A stretch of DNA of 61,399 nt, counting the filler, from Globobulimina sp. (taxonomy: Eukaryota): the NCBI GenBank assembly GCA_003354225.1. It is 23 parts of 23 records of this genome, joined end to end, with 100 filler letters (N's around TTAATTAATTAA, not from the genome) between each part and the next. Parts side by side here need not be neighbours in the genome. Positions count along the whole stretch, not along the records: positions 58,828 to 61,399 come from PIVH01005921.1; 22 more parts are not named here. The stretch is one strand, 5' to 3'. Below the pieces are notes generated by a model. That model had not been told where the DNA came from, ran no database searches, and saw only the letters and a list, made by a program, of their open reading frames with translations. A program made the translations under genes and the position numbers. The stretch's first letter is position 1. Every line of letters starts with the position of its first letter. Below, piece after piece: positions 58,983 through 61,399 of this stretch.

Positions 58983-61399
58983 ATGACTATGTTACGCAGA
59001 GTGTTGGCGATTGTCACCAGAAGTTTCTATCGGAATAATAGTCACCGCGTTAAACTCATAAACAGATATGGCACAAAAGCACACCATCATCGCCAGCATC
59101 ATGCATTATATCCAACATCTACACGTTTACTCACGTATCACTATCATAAATATACAACATCTGCCAAACCAAACCCAAGTATACGTATGGAAACTAAGAC
59201 TAAATCCAAGTCATCCTTTAAAAAGCAATTAAAATTCATTGCCGCAGCAACCACACTCTCCTATATCGGCTATAAATATTATTTCTATGATGATAAACAT
59301 GAACAAGACAGCAACTCATTACCGCGTGCAATCTTTAAAACAGCCGCCGAGATCATAGAAAATAAGATATTACATTCAAATTTCGCTTTTAAAATGGGTC
59401 TGTTTATGGATAATCGTAACCGCTATGATAAAGCATTATATTTTTATAAATTATACCTTCGAAAACCTAACACCAAACCCGGTGAATATGCCGCATTAAA
59501 TAATATGTGCATAATCTATTATAAATTGGCTGAATATGACAATGCATTGATTGCTTTTGAGTTATTAGGCACGCAACAAACCAGGGAAAGAAATCTAGAG
59601 TTTATAAGAGCTCATTGTTATCATATACTGAAACAATACGACAATGCGCTGATTTATTATCATAAATTCCTCGCTAATCAACGGTCAAAACAAGCGGATA
59701 TTTTATCTGCATACAATAATTTGGCGTTGTTATATTATGAGCTCGGTCAATATGAAAAGGCCTTGCAGTATTTTAAGAGAATGGGCGATGAGGCTATCAA
59801 GGAGAAAAACTATGGATTCCGAGTGGCGCACTCATTGCAACATACAGACGAATTTGAAAAGGCATTGACATATTATAACTTATATTTGGCCAATCCGGAT
59901 ACTTCCAATGTAAATCTAGAAAATACCTATCATAATCTAGGCGTTTTATTTTATGATAACGGCAAAGATAAACAAGCCATGGAGATGTTTAACAAATTGG
60001 GTGAGGAGGAAATACGGTATGTGATCACTTAATGTCTTGTTTATACTGTACTGGAATAGGAAATTATTGATGTTGTTAGGAAACGCAATTTAGAATTTAA
60101 AATGGCTCATGTTTGTGCACGGTTGGATGATAAACGCGGCGCTGTTAAATATTTAAAGGATTGTAAAAATAAACCAGATGTATATGGGGAATATGCCATC
60201 GTTTGTCAAGGAATAATGGCACAGATATTGTATGAAATTGGTGAATATGATCAAGCTATGCATGAATTTGACAAATTAGGACAGGAAGAAATTATCAAAC
60301 TTGATTTGTGTTTCCCGGCAGCTTTTAGTTATTTTAAAGGTGATAGATATGGAACAGCATTGATATTCTTTCGATTATTGATCGAAAATAAGCGACATAA
60401 ATGGCCCAGATCTGAACTGGCATTTATTTATTCCCGTATTTGTTTAATACATTATAAACAGAAACACTTTGCCAAAGTATTAGAAATGATCGCGGATGAA
60501 TTGTCCGAAGAGTTTGTCATCAAATACAATATGGAATTTATAGCTGGTCATTGCAATCATAAATTACATCGATATGATAAAGCACAGGCATATTATCATA
60601 AATTTTTAGCAAATGACAAATCCGAACCAGCCGATATCATAAATTGCTATCAAAACCTAGCGTTATTATATTATGATTTGAATAATTTCTCCAAAGGTAT
60701 GCAATATTTTGCATTGATGGCTGAGGATGAAATACTTGAACGAGGGTTGGAGTTTTATATTGGACGTTGTTTACAGGAAACGCAGCGATATAAAGAATGT
60801 ATAAAATATTACACACTTTTTCTGCAGAAATTAGATAAAAACAAATCCGAGGATATAAATGACAGTACACTGCAGCTGATGAACCAACACAATGTATATC
60901 ACAATTTAGGCAATGTTTATTACGCTTTGGGTGAATGGCGCAATGCCTGTAAAACATGGAACAATTTAACTGATACAGACATTTCCAGACTGAATTTAGC
61001 AGTGAAACTAAGCAAATGCTATGCTATGATGGGTGATGCTGAAAATGAAGCAAAATATTCGAGCTTGGCAACGGAGCGAAATGAGACAGGAAAGGAACAG
61101 ATAAATGTGGCGAAAATGTATTATATTATGTACGAGAATGAGAAGGCAATACAGATGTTTGAACAAGTGGATGATGCGGACATTGTTGGATGTAATGCAG
61201 AGTTTGTGTTGGCGCATTGCTATCAATTGGTTGGTAATCAAGAACAAGCCATAAAATATTATAAGATGGGACTGCAAAATGCGAATTTAAAGGATATGGA
61301 TATGGATGGAATCACAAATGCATATCATAACCTTGGCTGTGCCTATCATGACATGGGTGACTATGAAAAGGCAGTGGGGTATTTTGATAAATTGAGCAA
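58983..61399 (+). CDS. TPR-repeat protein with a presequence-like N-terminus and short hydrophobic anchor, 3' partial
   Basis: Repeated YNNLALLYYELGQYEKALQYF units. A 63-nt intron lies at 60017-60079, after which the frame stays open to the window end. Confidence 0.9.

Overview
This window is not a contiguous locus. It is 23 unrelated contigs of 2,576 to 2,572 bp, sorted by decreasing length and joined by 22 identical 100-bp artificial linkers (N44-TTAATTAATTAA-N44), so adjacency across a linker means nothing. The DNA is from an AT-rich, gene-dense microbial eukaryote using the standard code, with short (about 48-94 nt) GT-AG introns. The gene families resemble those of foraminifera (Rhizaria), which is an inference. 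Contig 13381-15955 may come from a different organism. Recognisable genes: RNA polymerase I largest subunit, COX10, MMAA/MeaB, RluA-type pseudouridine synthase, CDK, CK1/TTBK kinase, SLC25 carrier, GLDH, ENT, MFS, TLC, 7TM, Ras-like GTPase, calpain and trypsin pseudo-proteases, CAP-VWD and TPR proteins. Mobile DNA: a Penelope-like reverse transcriptase with no C-terminal endonuclease, a DIRS-type tyrosine recombinase fragment, a Helitron RepHel with one nonsense codon and a nested TA-inserted element, and two satellite arrays. The best leads are (1) the endonuclease-less Penelope-like RT followed by a hammerhead-like remnant, a G4 motif and a foldback 47-bp array, (2) a CK1/TTBK kinase fused to CCCH fingers and hnRNP-Q-like helical domains, (3) a GLDH with Pro at the oxygen-gatekeeper site, and (4) a RanBP2-finger trypsin with a Zn-ribbon insert. 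All calls come from reading motifs by eye; no database searches were run.
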